From positions 340,967-404,966 of the forward strand of contig QHVT01000006.1 in NCBI GenBank assembly GCA_003223645.1: a DNA stretch of 64,000 nucleotides, written 5' to 3'. Below, in pieces: positions 43,008 to 53,187 of the stretch; the stretch's first letter is position 1; every line of letters starts with the position of its first letter. The translations under genes and the position numbers were made by a program. Source of the stretch: Acidobacteriota bacterium (GTDB lineage: Bacteria > Acidobacteriota > Thermoanaerobaculia > Gp7-AA8). The notes below the pieces were generated by a model. The model was not told the origin of the DNA and searched no databases. It saw nothing but the letters and a program-made list of their open reading frames with translations.

Positions 43008-44210
43008 TCAGACCAGTTCGAGAATGTGGCCCAGCTTCTTCTTCTTCGCTTCGAGATACTTTCGCGTCGTCTGCGACGGCGCGATCTCGAGCGGCACGCG
43101 CTCGACGATCTCGAGGCCAAAGCCTTCGATGGCGACGAACTTCGCGGGGTTGTTCGTCATCAGGCGAATCTTGCGAACGCCGAGGTCGCGGAGAATTTGC
43201 GAGCCGGTGCCGTAGTCGCGGATGTCGGGGGCGAAGCCGAGCTTCGCGTTCGCCTCGATCGTGTCGGCGCCCTGGTCCTGCAGCTCGTACGCGCGCAGCT
43301 TGTTCACGAGTCCGATGCCGCGCCCTTCCTGCAAGAGGTAAAGGACGACGCCTTTGCCTTCCTTCTCGATGAGCGCGAACGCGCGGTCGAGCTGATCGCC
43401 GCAGTCGCAGCGCGTCGAATGAAAGACGTCGCCGGTGAGGCACGACGAGTGGACGCGCACCAGCACGTCGTCGTCTTCCCTGATCTCGCCTTTCACCAGC
43501 GCGACATGCTCTTCGCCGGTGATGTCGCTCTTGTACGCGTACACGCGGAAGTCGCCGTAATCGGTCGGCAGCGTCGGCGACGCGAGGCAGTGGACGTGCC
43601 GCTCCGTCTGCATCCGATATTTGATGATGTCGGCAACGGAGATGATCTTGAGGCCATGCTGAATCGCGAACTCGCGGAGGTCCGGGAGCCGCGCCATCGT
43701 GCCGTCTTCATTCATGATCTCGCAGATCACCGCGGCCGGATTCATGCCCGCGATTTCCGCGAGGTCGACCGACGCCTCGGTCTGCCCTGCCCGTTTGAGC
43801 ACGCCGCCTTTGCGCGCGCGCAGGGGGAACACGTGACCGGGACGCGCGAGATCGTGCGGACGCGTCTTCGCATCGATCGCCACGCGCACCGTCTCCGAAC
43901 GATCGGCCGCGGAGATGCCGGTGGTCACGCGTCCGCGCGCTTCGATCGAGACCGTGAACGCCGTGCCGAAGTTGGTCGTGTTGTTCTCGACCATCAGCGG
44001 CAGATCCAGCTCGTTGCAACGCTCCTCGGTCAACGCGAGGCAAATCAGTCCGCGGCCGTTCTTGGCCATGAAGTTGATCGCCGCGGGCGTGACCTTCTCC
44101 GCGGCTATGCAGAGATCTCCCTCGTTCTCGCGGTCTTCGTCATCGACGATGATGACGAACTCTCCGCGGCGGTAGATCTCGGCGGCTTCCTGGACGTTGG
44201 CAAAGGGCAT
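43008..44210 (-). CDS. ribBA: Bifunctional 3,4-dihydroxy-2-butanone-4-phosphate synthase / GTP cyclohydrolase II
   Basis: N-terminal DHBP synthase ([15 protein letters not shown]) and C-terminal GCHII (CDCG, EGRGIGL) motifs. Confidence 0.9.
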   Translation of the reverse strand: MPFANVQEAAEIYRRGEFVIIVDDEDRENEGDLCIAAEKVTPAAINFMAKNGRGLICLALTEERCNELDLPLMVENNTTNFGTAFTVSIEARGRVTTGISAADRSETVRVAIDAKTRPHDLARPGHVFPLRARKGGVLKRAGQTEASVDLAEIAGMNPAAVICEIMNEDGTMARLPDLREFAIQHGLKIISVADIIKYRMQTERHVHCLASPTLPTDYGDFRVYAYKSDITGEEHVALVKGEIREDDDVLVRVHSSCLTGDVFHSTRCDCGDQLDRAFALIEKEGKGVVLYLLQEGRGIGLVNKLRAYELQDQGADTIEANAKLGFAPDIRDYGTGSQILRDLGVRKIRLMTNNPAKFVAIEGFGLEIVERVPLEIAPSQTTRKYLEAKKKKLGHILELV

Positions 44211-44224
44211 CGGACGATTGTACG

Positions 44225-45733
44225 TTACTGGACTACTTTGAACGTCTCCTTGAGGGAGTACGAGCTCTTCTTCACCGTGTCGATGACCTTGACGGTGAAC
44301 GTGTAGTCGCCGGGCTTGAACGTCTGCAGCGGAATCGCGCTGCCGATCGCGAAGTGATTCGGCACGCCCTTCACCGGTGTCGCCGCGACTTCCGACGGCG
44401 GCGCCGTCATCTTCGTTTTCTTACCCGTCGCGTCGGTGCCTTCGACGTCGAGCTTCACCTGCACCTTCGGTTCCGTCTCGCCTTCGGCGATGCCGGGATT
44501 GCGCAGCTCGACGAAGTACCAGAGGTCATCCGTGGGACGGAACGTGCGGTCGCCCTTCGGCACGACTTTCAGTCCGCCGAACGCATACGGATCGGTCGGC
44601 GCCTGCGCGGCGCTGAGCGGATAAATATTGTTGGCGAGGATGAGCTGCGACGACGACGTCGCGTCCTTCGCGAGTCCGGTCAGCTCCATGTCGGCCGCGA
44701 CGAGCGAGACCTTGCCGGCGTCGGAGACGCCGAAGTAGCCGCGATATTTTCCGGGAGGAAGCGTGAGCGACTTGTCGAGGAAGAAGTCGTCCTTCGTCGC
44801 GACCGGCTTCGCCGGCTCTTCGAAGGCGGCGACGTTCTTGCCGCTCGCGTCTTCGACGACGCCGAAGAACGTCGCGCCTGTTGCAGGCGCGGACCCTTGC
44901 GGGATGTAGAGGAGCACCGGCGCAAAGTCGATGCCTTCGCCGGTCAGATATTCGCCGGTCGTCGCGTAGATCGGCTTTGCACTCTTGCCGCTCTTTTTAA
45001 ATTCGGCGACGGCGGTTTTCAACGCGTCCGTCGTCAGCTCCGTCGGCGCGGGAGGATTCGGAACGACCTGCGCGATCGGCACAGGTGCCGGCTGCGCTGT
45101 CGGGGCCGCGAACGTCGGGACTTCGGTGAGGTTCGGCTGCTTGATCGCCGCCGCGATCGCGCGCTGCTGCGAGCCGCCGATGTCGAGCGAGCGCTCGATG
45201 CGAAACTCGTGACGTCCGAGGCGGTCGATGAAGCGGAGCTGCGTGCGCGGCGCGGTGAAGATCGACTTGGTCGCGTCGCCTTCATAGGTCCAGATGTACA
45301 TCTCCGCGCCCTGCTTCTCGTCCTCGACATCGCTCGCGGTCGTGCCGGTGTGCGGCGCGACGAGATTGGCGCCGCTGTGCTCGAGCTTCGACGGCTGGCC
45401 GTAGAGGATCAGCGCCTTGCCGCGGTCGGTCAGCGACCCTTTGGTTTTTCCTTCCGTGAAATTCGCGTCCGCAGCCGCGACGCGCGCGTCGAAGTCTTCA
45501 TGAAATTCGTTGCGCGGCGTGGACGGCGTCGGATCGCGGCGCGCCCAGAACAGCGCGATGAACTTCTCCGCGGCGTCGTCCGTCGAGACCGCCTTCCACT
45601 GCGCGATCTCTTCCTTCGTCATCAGCACCGCCGCCGGTCCCTTGCCGAATGCGGCGTGCTCGGGTGTGAGCGCGGAGGCGCTGACTGCTACGGCCGCGGC
45701 CGCCGCCGCGAGAACGATGTTGCGGATGTTCAT
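44225..45733 (-). CDS. GWxTD-domain secreted protein
   Basis: Signal peptide; FIALFWARRDP ... GSLTDRGKALILYGQP matches GWxTD-type motif (W replaced by S). Confidence 0.55.
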   Translation of the reverse strand: MNIRNIVLAAAAAAVAVSASALTPEHAAFGKGPAAVLMTKEEIAQWKAVSTDDAAEKFIALFWARRDPTPSTPRNEFHEDFDARVAAADANFTEGKTKGSLTDRGKALILYGQPSKLEHSGANLVAPHTGTTASDVEDEKQGAEMYIWTYEGDATKSIFTAPRTQLRFIDRLGRHEFRIERSLDIGGSQQRAIAAAIKQPNLTEVPTFAAPTAQPAPVPIAQVVPNPPAPTELTTDALKTAVAEFKKSGKSAKPIYATTGEYLTGEGIDFAPVLLYIPQGSAPATGATFFGVVEDASGKNVAAFEEPAKPVATKDDFFLDKSLTLPPGKYRGYFGVSDAGKVSLVAADMELTGLAKDATSSSQLILANNIYPLSAAQAPTDPYAFGGLKVVPKGDRTFRPTDDLWYFVELRNPGIAEGETEPKVQVKLDVEGTDATGKKTKMTAPPSEVAATPVKGVPNHFAIGSAIPLQTFKPGDYTFTVKVIDTVKKSSYSLKETFKVVQ

Positions 45734-45770
45734 TCGGTCTCCAGTACGTGCTAGTCGCGAGCGGAAACGG

Positions 45771-45965
45771 TCACTGCTGCTCGAAATCTTCCATCTCGTC
45801 GTAGAGGCGGTCCATCTCGGCGTCGATCTCTTCCTGCTTGAGAATGCCTTTGCGGACGAGAAGCGCGGCGAGGCTGTGCAGCAGGATGCCGTTCTCGATG
45901 ATCATCTGCTCGATCTGTTCGTCTTCATCTTCAAAGTCGCCGTCGGTGCGTTCGATATCGTCCAT
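45771..45965 (-). CDS. Small acidic hypothetical protein (64 aa)
   Basis: AAGGAGAG RBS 6 nt upstream of ATG; highly acidic. Confidence 0.45.
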   Translation of the reverse strand: MDDIERTDGDFEDEDEQIEQMIIENGILLHSLAALLVRKGILKQEEIDAEMDRLYDEMEDFEQQ

Positions 45966-46000
45966 GGCCTTCTCTCCTTGGGCGAGCGGTGTATCACAGG

Positions 46001-46100
46001 AAAGCAGAAAGCAGAAAGCAGAAGGCAGAAAGCAAAAACGGTGGCTTTGACAGGCATTGGCGGTGTTCTTTCTGCTTTCTGCTTTTTGCTTTCTGCTTTC
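46001..46100. repeat. Tandem-heptamer hairpin repeat (GCAGAAA/GCAGAAG units)
   Basis: AAAGCAGAAAGCAGAAAGCAGAAGGCAGAAAGC ... GTTCTTTCTGCTTTCTGCTTTTTGCTTTCTGCTTTC in divergent intergenic region. Confidence 0.85.
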
Positions 46101-46116
46101 AATACAATCCGCCGCG

Positions 46117-47112
46117 ATGAAACGAACTCTTCTTGTTTGTGTCTTGTTTGCAGTTTTCTCCTGTCAGCAGCGGGAGACCGCGGCTCCTTCTGCCGCTGCG
46201 CCGGCTCCCGCTGCGAAGCCGTTCAAAGCGGGCCTCCTCACGCCGGGATCGATCAACGACGGCGGATGGAACGCGATCGCATACGAAGGTTTGCAGCGCA
46301 TCAAAAACGAGCTCGGCGCCGAGGTCTCGAATCAGGAGACGAAGACGCCGCCGGAGATGCTCGACGGCTTCCGCTCCTACGGTGCGAAGGGTTTCGACAT
46401 CGCGTTCGGCCACGGCTTCGAGTACCAGGAGCCGGCGAAGCAGGCCGCCGCCGAGTATCCGAACACGATCTTCATCACCAGCTCCGGCAACACGGTGACG
46501 AACAACGTCTCACCGATGCGCTTTCAAATCGAAGAATCGACCTATCTCCTCGGCGTGATCGCCGCGCGCGAGTCGAAGACTGGCAAGGCCGGACTCGTCG
46601 GCGGCATCAATCTCCCGTCGATCGACTCCAGCTTCGTCGCCTTCAAAGCGGGCGCGCAGTCGGTGAATCCGAAATTCGAGGTGAAGACGATCTACACCGG
46701 CAACTTCGACGACGTCGGCGCGGCGAAAGTCGCGACGCTGTCGCTCATCAACGCCGGATGCGATTTCATTTTCCATCAGGCCAACGAAGCGGGGCGCGGC
46801 GTGTTCCAGGCTTGCACCGAGCGCAAAGTGCGCTGCTTCGGATCCAACAAAAACCAGACCGACATGGCGCCCGACTACGTCGTCGCCTCGGCAGTCGTCG
46901 ACGTGCCCGCGGCGTTCGTGGAGATGGCGAAGATCGTGAAGGAAAAGCGATTCAAGCCCGGCGAGCAGCACTTCGGCTTCAACAACAACATCGTGCGGCT
47001 GGAGTGGAACGACAAACTGAAAGCGTCGATCTCGCCGCAGACGATCGCCGAAGTAGATCGGCTGACGAACGAGATCAAAGCCGGGACGCTGAAACCGCCG
47101 GCTGGTTTTTGA
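46117..47112 (+). CDS. BMP-family (PnrA/Med-like) ABC transporter substrate-binding lipoprotein
   Basis: Lipoprotein signal LFAVFSC; BMP motifs GFDIAFGHGF, GGINLPS. Confidence 0.8.
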   Translation: MKRTLLVCVLFAVFSCQQRETAAPSAAAPAPAAKPFKAGLLTPGSINDGGWNAIAYEGLQRIKNELGAEVSNQETKTPPEMLDGFRSYGAKGFDIAFGHGFEYQEPAKQAAAEYPNTIFITSSGNTVTNNVSPMRFQIEESTYLLGVIAARESKTGKAGLVGGINLPSIDSSFVAFKAGAQSVNPKFEVKTIYTGNFDDVGAAKVATLSLINAGCDFIFHQANEAGRGVFQACTERKVRCFGSNKNQTDMAPDYVVASAVVDVPAAFVEMAKIVKEKRFKPGEQHFGFNNNIVRLEWNDKLKASISPQTIAEVDRLTNEIKAGTLKPPAGF

Positions 47113-47184
47113 TGGCAGATGGCTGACGGCAGATGGCGGAAACGCGCCGATCGCCTGCCATCCGCCATCTGCCATCTGCCATCC
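47113..47184. repeat. Tandem-heptamer hairpin repeat (GGCAGAT units / GCCATCT)
   Basis: TGGCAGATGGCTGACGGCAGATGGCGG ... CCTGCCATCCGCCATCTGCCATCTGCCATCC fills the whole gap between SBP and ATPase genes. Confidence 0.85.
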
Positions 47185-47186
47185 AC

Positions 47187-48440
47187 ATGATCCACCTCTC
47201 CCACATCACCAAAACATTGGGCGCCACGCGCGCCGTCGATGATGTTTCGCTCGACGTGCGCAACGGAGAGATCGTCGCGCTGGCCGGCGAGAACGGCGCG
47301 GGCAAGACGACGCTGATGCGCATCGCCGCGGGCGAGATCGACGCCGACGGCGGCAGCGTGAATCGCGAAGGACGCGCGGAGCTCGTGCATCAGCACTTCC
47401 TCCTCGTCGACGCGCTGTCGATCGCGGAAAACCTCGCGCTCACCCATCGCGGCTTTCGTTTCACCACGCGGCGGATCATCGAGCGTGAAGCGTCGGCGAT
47501 CATCGAGAGCACAGGCATCGAGTTGCGCGATGGATCGCGACTCGTCGCGGAGCTTTCGGTCGGCGAGCGATCGAAGCTCGAGCTGATCAAAGCGATTGCA
47601 CGCAAGCCTTCGACGCTGATCCTCGATGAGCCGACGTCTGTCCTCACGCCAAACGAGACCACGGAATTGTTTCGCGTCATGCGACGCATCGCAGCCGAAG
47701 GCGCGGCGGTCGTGTTCATCAGCCACAAACTTCCCGAAGTTCTCGAAGTGGCGGACCGGATCGTCGTGATGCGCGGCGGGCGGGTGATTGCGGAGAGCGC
47801 GGCACGCGACACGAACGTGCGGGACCTCGCCAACGCGATGGTCGGCCGCATAACCGAGCAACCGAGCGACCGCGCAACCGCGGGAAGGATCACAGCGATT
47901 GTCGGAGTCGCAGGAAACGGACAAGCCGAGCTCGCGGCGAAGTTGCGCGATGAGGAACGCGACGCCGGGCACATTCCGGAAGATCGCACGCGCGACGGGA
48001 TCGTCGCGGAGATGACGATCGCGGAGAACCTGGCGTTGAAAGCGAAGCGCTGGAACGCGCGCGAAGCGGCGAGGCACGCGGAGCGGATGATCGCGCTATA
48101 TTCGATTCGCGCGAGCGGTCCGCTGCAGCGCGCCGGCGATCTGTCGGGCGGCAATCAACAGAAGGTGATCCTCGCGCGCGAGCTCGATCGCAAGCCGAAG
48201 CGCATCGTCGCCGCGGAGCCGACGCGCGGACTCGACATCGAGGCGACGCGCTTCGTGCACGAGCAGCTTCGCTCCGCGGCAGTCGAAGGCGCGTCCATTC
48301 TCCTCATCACGTCCGACCTCGACGAGGCGTTCGCACTCGCCGACACGATCCAGGTGATCTATCGCGGACGTCTCTCCGATCCGCTCACGCCGTCGGAAGC
48401 CGCGACGCGCGTGGCCTCACTCATGGCGGGAGTCGCGTGA
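47187..48440 (+). CDS. ABC transporter ATP-binding protein (two ABC domains, second degenerate)
   Basis: Walker A GENGAGKTT, signature LSVGERSKL, Walker B ILDEPT; second half LSGGNQQKV. Confidence 0.8.
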   Translation: MIHLSHITKTLGATRAVDDVSLDVRNGEIVALAGENGAGKTTLMRIAAGEIDADGGSVNREGRAELVHQHFLLVDALSIAENLALTHRGFRFTTRRIIEREASAIIESTGIELRDGSRLVAELSVGERSKLELIKAIARKPSTLILDEPTSVLTPNETTELFRVMRRIAAEGAAVVFISHKLPEVLEVADRIVVMRGGRVIAESAARDTNVRDLANAMVGRITEQPSDRATAGRITAIVGVAGNGQAELAAKLRDEERDAGHIPEDRTRDGIVAEMTIAENLALKAKRWNAREAARHAERMIALYSIRASGPLQRAGDLSGGNQQKVILARELDRKPKRIVAAEPTRGLDIEATRFVHEQLRSAAVEGASILLITSDLDEAFALADTIQVIYRGRLSDPLTPSEAATRVASLMAGVA

Positions 48441-49399
48441 GGCGCTTCGCGGTCGCCGTCATCGCTGCGGCCGCGGCGATCGTGCTCCTCGCCTTCTCCG
48501 GCGCGCTGTTCGGCCACTCGCCGTGGTCGCTGCTCTCGATCGTCGCGAGCGGCTCGGTCGGATCGCGCTTCGCGCTCGCCAGTACGCTGCTGAAGTCCGT
48601 TCCGCTTCTCTTGACGGGACTCAGCGTCGCGATCGCCTTTCGCGCCGGCGTGTGGAACATCGGCGGCGAAGGACAGTTCATCGTCGGCGGACTCGCGGCG
48701 CTCGTCGCCTCACGCTTCGGCATCGTCGCATCGCTCGCGGCGGCGATGCTCGCCGGCGCGGCGTGGGCATCGATCGCATCCGCGATGCGTCTCTGGCGCA
48801 ACGCGCCGGAAGTGCTGACAACGATCCTGCTGAACTTCACCGCGATTCATTTGCTCGGATGGAGCGTGAACGGACCGCTGCGCGAGCACGCGGGGCAATA
48901 TCCGCAAACCGATCTCGCGCACGTCGCGCTGCCGGAAATCGGCGGCGTGCACTTCGGCATCGTCATCGCGCTCGCCGCAAGTGTGTTCGCATGGTGGCTG
49001 CTGTATCGCACCGCGGCAGGACTGCGATTGCGCGCGACGGGACTCAATCCCAACGCCGCGCGATGGGCGGGCATCCGGGTCGGTGCGCAACTCGCACGCG
49101 CGATGGCCATCTCCGGCGCCGCCGCCGGTCTCGCCGGCGGCATCGAGCTCCTCGGCGTCACGCACCGTCTCTTCGAGCGCTTCGCCGCCGGCTACGGCTA
49201 CTCCGGAATCGCCGTCGCGCTGCTCGCGCAGTTGCATCCGCTCGCGACGATCGCGTCGTCGCTCTTCTTCGGCGCGCTCGTCACCGGCGCGGGCGAGCTG
49301 CAACGCGCCGCCGGCATCTCCGCCGGCGTCGCGACATTCGGACAGGCCGTCGTCATTCTCACGCTGATTGTTTTCGAACATGTACGAGCTGATCGCTAA
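48437..49399 (+). CDS. ABC transporter permease (BMP family)
   Basis: GTG start overlapping ATPase stop; about 8 TM. Confidence 0.75.
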   Translation: MRRFAVAVIAAAAAIVLLAFSGALFGHSPWSLLSIVASGSVGSRFALASTLLKSVPLLLTGLSVAIAFRAGVWNIGGEGQFIVGGLAALVASRFGIVASLAAAMLAGAAWASIASAMRLWRNAPEVLTTILLNFTAIHLLGWSVNGPLREHAGQYPQTDLAHVALPEIGGVHFGIVIALAASVFAWWLLYRTAAGLRLRATGLNPNAARWAGIRVGAQLARAMAISGAAAGLAGGIELLGVTHRLFERFAAGYGYSGIAVALLAQLHPLATIASSLFFGALVTGAGELQRAAGISAGVATFGQAVVILTLIVFEHVRADR

Positions 49400-50225
49400 C
49401 TCGATTCCGATCGCGATCGTCGCGTCGATCCCGCTGCTGCTCGCGGTCGAAGGCGAGCTCCTCGTCCAACGCGGCGGCATCATCAACCTCGGCATCGAAG
49501 GAATGATGCTCACCGCCGCGATGACCGCGGCATTCGCGGCGCAGACGACCGGCAGCGTGACGATCGGATTCCTCGGCGGCATCGCCGGCGCGATGGTCAT
49601 CACCGCGATCTTCGGCGTCTTCGCGATCGCGCTGCGCGCCGATCAAATCGTGACCGGCACCGCCATCAATCTCCTCGCCCTCGGCGGCACGAGCTTCGTC
49701 TACCGCGAAGTCGCCGCATTCCAGCGACCGATCCCGCAACTCCACACCGACATCGTCTCCGCGCTGTCATGGATCGTCGCTCCGCTCATCCTCGGCGCGA
49801 TTCTCTGGAACACATCCTTCGGCCTGCGCCTCCGCGCATGCGGCGAAAATCCCGAAGCGCTTGCCGCGACCGGCCGCTCCGTCCGTATGCATCGATGGGC
49901 CGCGCTGATGATCGAAGCACTCCTCGTCGGCATCGGCGGCGCATACCTGTCGCTCGCGCTCTCCAGCGGCTTCGCCGAAAACATGACCGCCGGCCGCGGT
50001 TTCATCGCACTCTCGATCGTGATCTTTGGACGCTGGAAGATAAAAGGCGCCCTCCTCGGCACCGCCATCTTCGGCCTCGCCGCCGCCTTGCAGTACGCGC
50101 TGCAGGCCGCGAACCGCGGCATCCCGTTCCACATCCTGCTCGCCGTCCCGTACGTCGTCACGCTGCTGATTCTGTGCGGGGTGGCGGGGCGGGTGCGTTC
50201 GCCGGAGAGTCTCGGACGTCCCTAG
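49380..50225 (+). CDS. ABC transporter permease (BMP family, second)
   Basis: Start at MYELIANS (49380) overlapping upstream permease; multi-TM. Confidence 0.7.
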   Translation: MYELIANSIPIAIVASIPLLLAVEGELLVQRGGIINLGIEGMMLTAAMTAAFAAQTTGSVTIGFLGGIAGAMVITAIFGVFAIALRADQIVTGTAINLLALGGTSFVYREVAAFQRPIPQLHTDIVSALSWIVAPLILGAILWNTSFGLRLRACGENPEALAATGRSVRMHRWAALMIEALLVGIGGAYLSLALSSGFAENMTAGRGFIALSIVIFGRWKIKGALLGTAIFGLAAALQYALQAANRGIPFHILLAVPYVVTLLILCGVAGRVRSPESLGRP

Positions 50226-50341
50226 CCGCCACGGGCGGCTGCGTGGATTGCTCCGCCTTGCGGCCTGCTTGCCGCCACGTCACGAATGCGGCTTCGAGCG
50301 GCGCAACGCGCCTGAGATCGTCGTTTCTGGCGCGCAAATTC

Positions 50342-51550
50342 CTAACCCGAGCAACGAAATGCAGCGACGTCCGTCCGCGACTGGAACTGTGCTCCGTGCG
50401 CGTTCGAGATCGTCCGCTCCGCGCCGGTCTGCATGTCGCGGATTTGCAGTGACGCTCCGAGCTCCGTCAGGCCGGAGCTGAAGAGCCAGTACGATCCGTT
50501 GGCTGCACATCCATCGAGCACCTTGACGAACAGTTCGGGGTTGCTGCTCGAGAAGAAAGAAAACGCGCCGCCTTCGAAGCTCAGGAGACGCGCCTTCGGC
50601 GTTCCGAATCGAGCGAGCAGCGCCTGCTCTTCGAGCGAGGCGCGTACGCGAAATCTGCCGCCGCGCAAACAGAGCGTGTCGGAGTCCGGTACACAAATTT
50701 CTGCCGGCGGATCGGTTCGCGGATTGACCGTGAACTCCACCTCGCCGTCGAGCGTGCCCGCGTTTTCCACGGCGCGTGCTTTGTACGCGCCGGCGGGCAA
50801 TGCGCCGAGGGGTACGCGCGCGGTGAACGCGGCGGGCGCATCGAAACATTCGGTGGGACGAACGACGGTCGCGGCTCCGGCGGCAAGCTCCGCGGCCGAG
50901 TACGAGGCCCGGCACGCTTCGCCGGAGACGATCATCGTGAGGTTTTCACCTGCTGCAGCAGGCTGCGGCTCAACGCGAACGTCGAACGGCAACGTCGTCG
51001 TGATGGTGCCGGTGACCTGGAACACTCCCGTCGGCTGCGCCGGCGGATAGGGATCGAACGTCACCGAGATCACGCCCGTGCCGCGCGTCTGCGAAAGCAC
51101 TTCGGTGTGAAACGGATGACCGGTCGCGCTGTTGAGATGCTCGCGGGAGCGCGACTGCGCCCGGTTGGTGACGACGTTGCCCGTCGAGATCCAGGAAGCG
51201 TCCGACGTATGCGCGATCAGACCTCCGTTCACGAAGAATTCGCTGGTGTGAGACACGCCCGGATCGGGAGCAAGCACCACCACGAAGTCGCCCGCCTGCG
51301 GATTGAAATTCATGCTGGCCGTTCTCACGTGGAACTTGAACGTGAACATCGACGGAGCGATCCCCTGCAGCGACGTGAAGCCGGTGATGCCGGTCGCGGT
51401 CCCGACGCCATCGATGACGTGAAAAATGCCTTGCGCGTCCACGGCCGACGCCGTGAGAGTCGCGACGAAGCGGATCTGTCCGGCGTGGATGTTCCAGGAC
51501 AGCAGACAAGCGACGACGAGCAACGAAAGACGAACGCGCACACGCGACAT
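50342..51550 (-). CDS. Secreted hypothetical protein with Ig-like beta-rich domains
   Basis: Signal peptide MSRVRVRLSLLVVACLLSWNIHAG from ATG 51550; 402 aa. Confidence 0.5.
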   Translation of the reverse strand: MSRVRVRLSLLVVACLLSWNIHAGQIRFVATLTASAVDAQGIFHVIDGVGTATGITGFTSLQGIAPSMFTFKFHVRTASMNFNPQAGDFVVVLAPDPGVSHTSEFFVNGGLIAHTSDASWISTGNVVTNRAQSRSREHLNSATGHPFHTEVLSQTRGTGVISVTFDPYPPAQPTGVFQVTGTITTTLPFDVRVEPQPAAAGENLTMIVSGEACRASYSAAELAAGAATVVRPTECFDAPAAFTARVPLGALPAGAYKARAVENAGTLDGEVEFTVNPRTDPPAEICVPDSDTLCLRGGRFRVRASLEEQALLARFGTPKARLLSFEGGAFSFFSSSNPELFVKVLDGCAANGSYWLFSSGLTELGASLQIRDMQTGAERTISNAHGAQFQSRTDVAAFRCSG

Positions 51551-51608
51551 AAGTAAGAACCTCCCTCTTGCCATATATAGTAAGCAAAACGGAAGCCGGA
51601 GAAAACGC

Positions 51609-53063
51609 TCAGCGTCCCCACGCGCCGACCGTGTTCCACACGTCGCTCACGCGGCGCTGCGCGCCGGTTGCGATCGCGCGCGGCGCGCTCGCGATGGCGG
51701 CGGCGATGAGCGGCGCGGCCTCGCTCGCCTGCGGCTGGAGCGAGTCGCCGTGTTCTTCGAAGAAGCGCGTGCTCACGAGGCCTTCGCGGAAAGCGGGATG
51801 CGTGACGACGCGGCGAAGCCAGGAGACGTTTGTCTTCGTGCCGAGGATCGTGTACTCCCGGAGGGCGCGGGCGATGCGGTCGATGCAGGCGTCGCGGGTT
51901 TCGGCGAAGCAGATGAGTTTTGCGAGCATGGGATCGAAGCGGAGTCCGATCTCGCTGCCGCGGGTGACGCCGGCGTCGACGCGCACGCCGGGGCCGGACG
52001 GCTCGCTGTAGTACGCGATGGTGCCGCTTTGCGGGAGGAAGCGATCGTCGGGGTCTTCGGCGTAGACGCGCACCTCGATCGCGTGTCCGCGCTGTTGCAG
52101 GTCGCTCTGCTTCCACGGCAGCGGTTGGCCGGATGCGACTGCAAGTTGCGCGCGCACGAGATCGACGTCGGTGACGAGCTCCGTGATCGGATGCTCGACC
52201 TGCAGGCGCGTGTTCATTTCGAGGAAGTAGAAGTCGTTGTCCGGCGTGACGATGAATTCGACGGTGCCGGCGTTGCGATAGTCGACGCCTGCGGCTGCCG
52301 CGATCGCGGCCTTCGCCATCCGCTGGCGCAGCTCGTCGCTGTAGCGCGGCGCGGGTGTTTCTTCGACGACCTTCTGATGCCTGCGCTGCAGCGAGCAGTC
52401 GCGCTCGAAGAGATGGACGATGTTGCCGTGCGCGTCGCCGAAGATCTGGAACTCGACGTGGCGCGGCTCTTCGATGTAGCGCTCGAGCAGCAGGCGATCG
52501 TCGCCGAAGGCCTTCATTGCCTCACGCTGCGCGGACTCGATCGCGGCGCGCAGCTCATTTGACGCGCGTACGATCTTCATCCCCTTCCCGCCCCCGCCCG
52601 CCGATGCTTTCACGAGCAGCGGAAATCCGACGCTCTCTCCTTCGCGCAGGAGCGCGTCCATCGACTGCTCGTCTCCGTCGTAGCCCGGCACGACGGGGAC
52701 GCCAAGCTTTTGCATGAGATGACGCGACTGCGCCTTCGATCCCATCGCGGCGATCGACGTCGCCTTCGGTCCGACGAACACGATGCCGGCGTCCTCGCAC
52801 GCGGCGGCGAGCTCCGCGCGCTCGGAGAGAAACCCGTAGCCGGGATGAAGCGCGTCCGCGCCGCACGCACGCGCGGCGTCGATGACGCGGTTCACGTCGA
52901 GATAAGAGTTGCCGAGGGAGACGGCGTCGTCGAAGAAACGCTGCGTGAAGCGGATGTCATCACCTTCGGCGTAGCCGAGAACGGAGGCGATGCCGAGCTC
53001 GCGGCAGGCGCGCGCGATGCGCACGGCGATCTCGCCGCGATTGGGGACGATGAGCTTAATCAT
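51609..53063 (-). CDS. Biotin carboxylase (AccC-like; no biotin-carrier domain)
   Basis: ATP-grasp biotin carboxylase motifs EGDDIRF, GYGFLSE, FPLLVKASAGGGGKGM, EMNTRLQVEH. Confidence 0.8.
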   Translation of the reverse strand: MIKLIVPNRGEIAVRIARACRELGIASVLGYAEGDDIRFTQRFFDDAVSLGNSYLDVNRVIDAARACGADALHPGYGFLSERAELAAACEDAGIVFVGPKATSIAAMGSKAQSRHLMQKLGVPVVPGYDGDEQSMDALLREGESVGFPLLVKASAGGGGKGMKIVRASNELRAAIESAQREAMKAFGDDRLLLERYIEEPRHVEFQIFGDAHGNIVHLFERDCSLQRRHQKVVEETPAPRYSDELRQRMAKAAIAAAAGVDYRNAGTVEFIVTPDNDFYFLEMNTRLQVEHPITELVTDVDLVRAQLAVASGQPLPWKQSDLQQRGHAIEVRVYAEDPDDRFLPQSGTIAYYSEPSGPGVRVDAGVTRGSEIGLRFDPMLAKLICFAETRDACIDRIARALREYTILGTKTNVSWLRRVVTHPAFREGLVSTRFFEEHGDSLQPQASEAAPLIAAAIASAPRAIATGAQRRVSDVWNTVGAWGR

Positions 53064-53065
53064 GG

Positions 53066-53187
53066 TTGCTCGGTTACTCGGTCGCGCGGTTGCGCTGCTT
53101 TCGGTTGCGCGGTTGCTCGGTCACGCGGTTGCGCGGCGGGTGGGTGGCAATTTGCCGCGCAACCGAGCGACCGAGTGACCGCGCAAC
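53066..53187. repeat. Large tandem-unit palindrome (CGGTTGC/CGGTTAC units)
   Basis: GGTTGCTCGGTTACTCGGTCGCGCGGTTGCGCTGC ... GCCGCGCAACCGAGCGACCGAGTGACCGCGCAACC fills entire 122-nt gap between two co-directional genes. Confidence 0.8.
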
